Source: Tubulanus polymorphus
Lineage: Eukaryota; Animalia; Nemertea
Direction: 5' to 3'
Length of the DNA: 64,000 nucleotides
Assembly: GCF_964204645.1 (NCBI RefSeq)
Contig: NC_134025.1
Location: 22,548,299-22,612,298, forward strand
This document shows positions 61,961 through 64,000 of this stretch, in pieces. The notes beneath the pieces were generated by a model, which had not been told where the DNA came from, ran no database searches, and saw nothing but the letters and a program-made list of their open reading frames with translations. Numbering within the stretch: position 1 is the stretch's first letter; the number at the start of each line of letters is the position of its first letter. The translations under genes were made by a program, and so were the position numbers.

Positions 61961-64000
61961 ACAGTACTAGCCCTTTTAGCGCTGGGTGTGTACCGTTTTT
62001 CCTGGCCGTTATCAAATTCTAGAACTACTTTAAGCATGTCCTGCACTGTAACCAAGTTAGTTAGGTCTAAGTTTAAGTCTGTACGATCTGTTTGAAATCT
62101 TGTCATGAAAGTGTGCAGCTTTTTTTCTGGTTTCAAAATGAAGCCGAATCCTGTTTATGCCGAAATCCGAATCTGTTTTTCTTGAATCCATGCTGATGTA
62201 CATATCACATCCTCATCTTCGGATTGTTGAACTTTTCGGAGTCAGTGAGTGCATATTACTTGTATATATGCAAACAGCTCACATGGCAATACCGGTCTGC
62301 GGTGTATTATCTATATACATACTGATTAGATATGAGCTTTGTGTTTTGGCTGAGCTATGTTCACGATTAAATGATTTTGATTTTGATAACTAAATCAATT
62401 TCCGTGCTCTCATATAATAGTTGTGTAAACACTAGTTTTACTGAATGAGTTAGCCGGAGACCAGGCAGCTTGAGTCACGCACACGCGCGCTCGCACACTG
62501 CGGGCAGGAGCGGAGAATTCCTCACAATCCGTGTCTGTTTTTCCACCTATAAATATTTACGTTCGTGTTTCTGGTTGTGTTCTTTGCGCGTCGGTATATA
62601 AAATCTCGGACGATCTGTTACGCATATGGCGCGGTGGCGGCGTAGTAGCGTAAACCAGTGGAATTTAGATATCTCCGAGATGAGGAATGGCTGAATTATT
62701 GGTAGCAATCATCGGTTTTCAATGAGGAAACTCCCTTAGATGTAAATAGCGTGCGGCGTGTAAGATTGCATACCATCGGCTCCTGGTGTTATACGTGCTT
62801 AGCTGCCTTCACGATTGGACACAGTGTTTTCCACAACAGGTTTTAGAGGGGCGGCCACCCCTTTCATTTTTACATGTACCCCTCTGAAAATCAGCCACCC
62901 CTTATGAAATATATGCTACTCCTACCAGAGTGGATGTCACCAAAATATGGCTTGAATTTTCTGTAGTTTTTGGGATCAAAGGCTTAGCTTTTGCCGAAAT
63001 CCGAAAAAAAGGACTTTTAAAAAGGACTTTTTTGTATCCCTCAACTTACTGAGGACCTGTCGGGGATAGGCCTATTATATGATCTTGAAACAGGGATTAT
63101 CCCTGTTATTTATTTGATTGGTATGTAGATTTGGTTTGATTTGGTATCCCTTACAAACCCACCACACAGCGAAACAGGTTCGATTTTGAAATCACTAATC
63201 AAAGTATTAAGATAGTTGTGTGATAGGCAGTCAAAATTACAGGAATTTTTTGTTTAAATCGTAGTACGTAATCGAAAATATCGGTTCCAGCTCGTGGAAA
63301 CAATCGTCCAACCAGCCTGAACCGGCAAGCGGTTGAAGAGGTTCGACGTCTCCTTATAAAGAAAGAGAACCCTTGACCAAGAAACGCCGACGAATTGAAC
63401 CATGGATTGATGGTGACTCGTGCGAAAGCGTCAAATGCACTCTTATCAGCTCGAAAGTTCCTTCCATAAACTCTTATTAGTCACCCAAACCGGACAGCGG
63501 CAACCCCTTAAACGTTTTAGATTTGTCAAAATAATGCAAATAAATTATTCTGCTATTCGCACTTTTTGCTGCGATTATCAAAGATCTCGAGGCCTGTCCG
63601 ATCTAGATATATTGAGCCCGAGTGCGACGACCGTGGATTAGTCAGAGCTCGCGCGCGCGTTTTATCAGCGATGAAATGCGCTTAATCTCTCTCCACTAGT
63701 TGCTGGTGACATGATTTTGTTGCTGATTCATCATCACAAGGGTCGGACATTGAAACGGAGATCGGCTTTAGATTATACGGCGGTGATTCAGTCGGGTTCA
63801 TCGGCGGGTTCAGTCAAGTGGAGCGAGAACTTCGCGTCTGGAAATGGCGTTGGAAATTGCACGGTTTTCAGAATGCGCTTTTTCAGTTTACCGATATCAG
63901 GAAGCCATTGAAAACGAGCTTCCATAGATGAACCTCCTAGAAATCAGTTTTTCGATGTTACCTTTGTCATAAAAAGCCACTTATCGAATAAATTCGCCGC

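Overview
AT-rich eukaryotic genomic DNA from an invertebrate animal (spliceosomal GT-AG introns, many MITE/SINE/Helentron-type repeats; I cannot name the species). Seven spliced protein-coding genes can be assembled by hand. On the minus strand are an SLX4IP-like gene with a PWWP3/MUM1-like C-terminal helical domain, TASP1 and SRP14. On the plus strand are a BTB + 3xC2H2 zinc-finger gene, METTL21A, TTC8/BBS8 (with an anomalous 17.8-kb last intron) and the first coding exon of kindlin/fermitin. TASP1/BTB-ZF and SRP14/METTL21A are head-to-head pairs. The most unusual unexplained signal is about ten compact (100-340 nt) non-coding segments in introns and UTRs. They are unrelated in sequence but fold by eye into multi-branched, sometimes pseudoknotted structures. 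Their internal wobble pairs are G-T on the + strand even inside minus-strand genes. The best examples are 30354-30535 and 14129-14472. These folds were found by eye and need computational testing.
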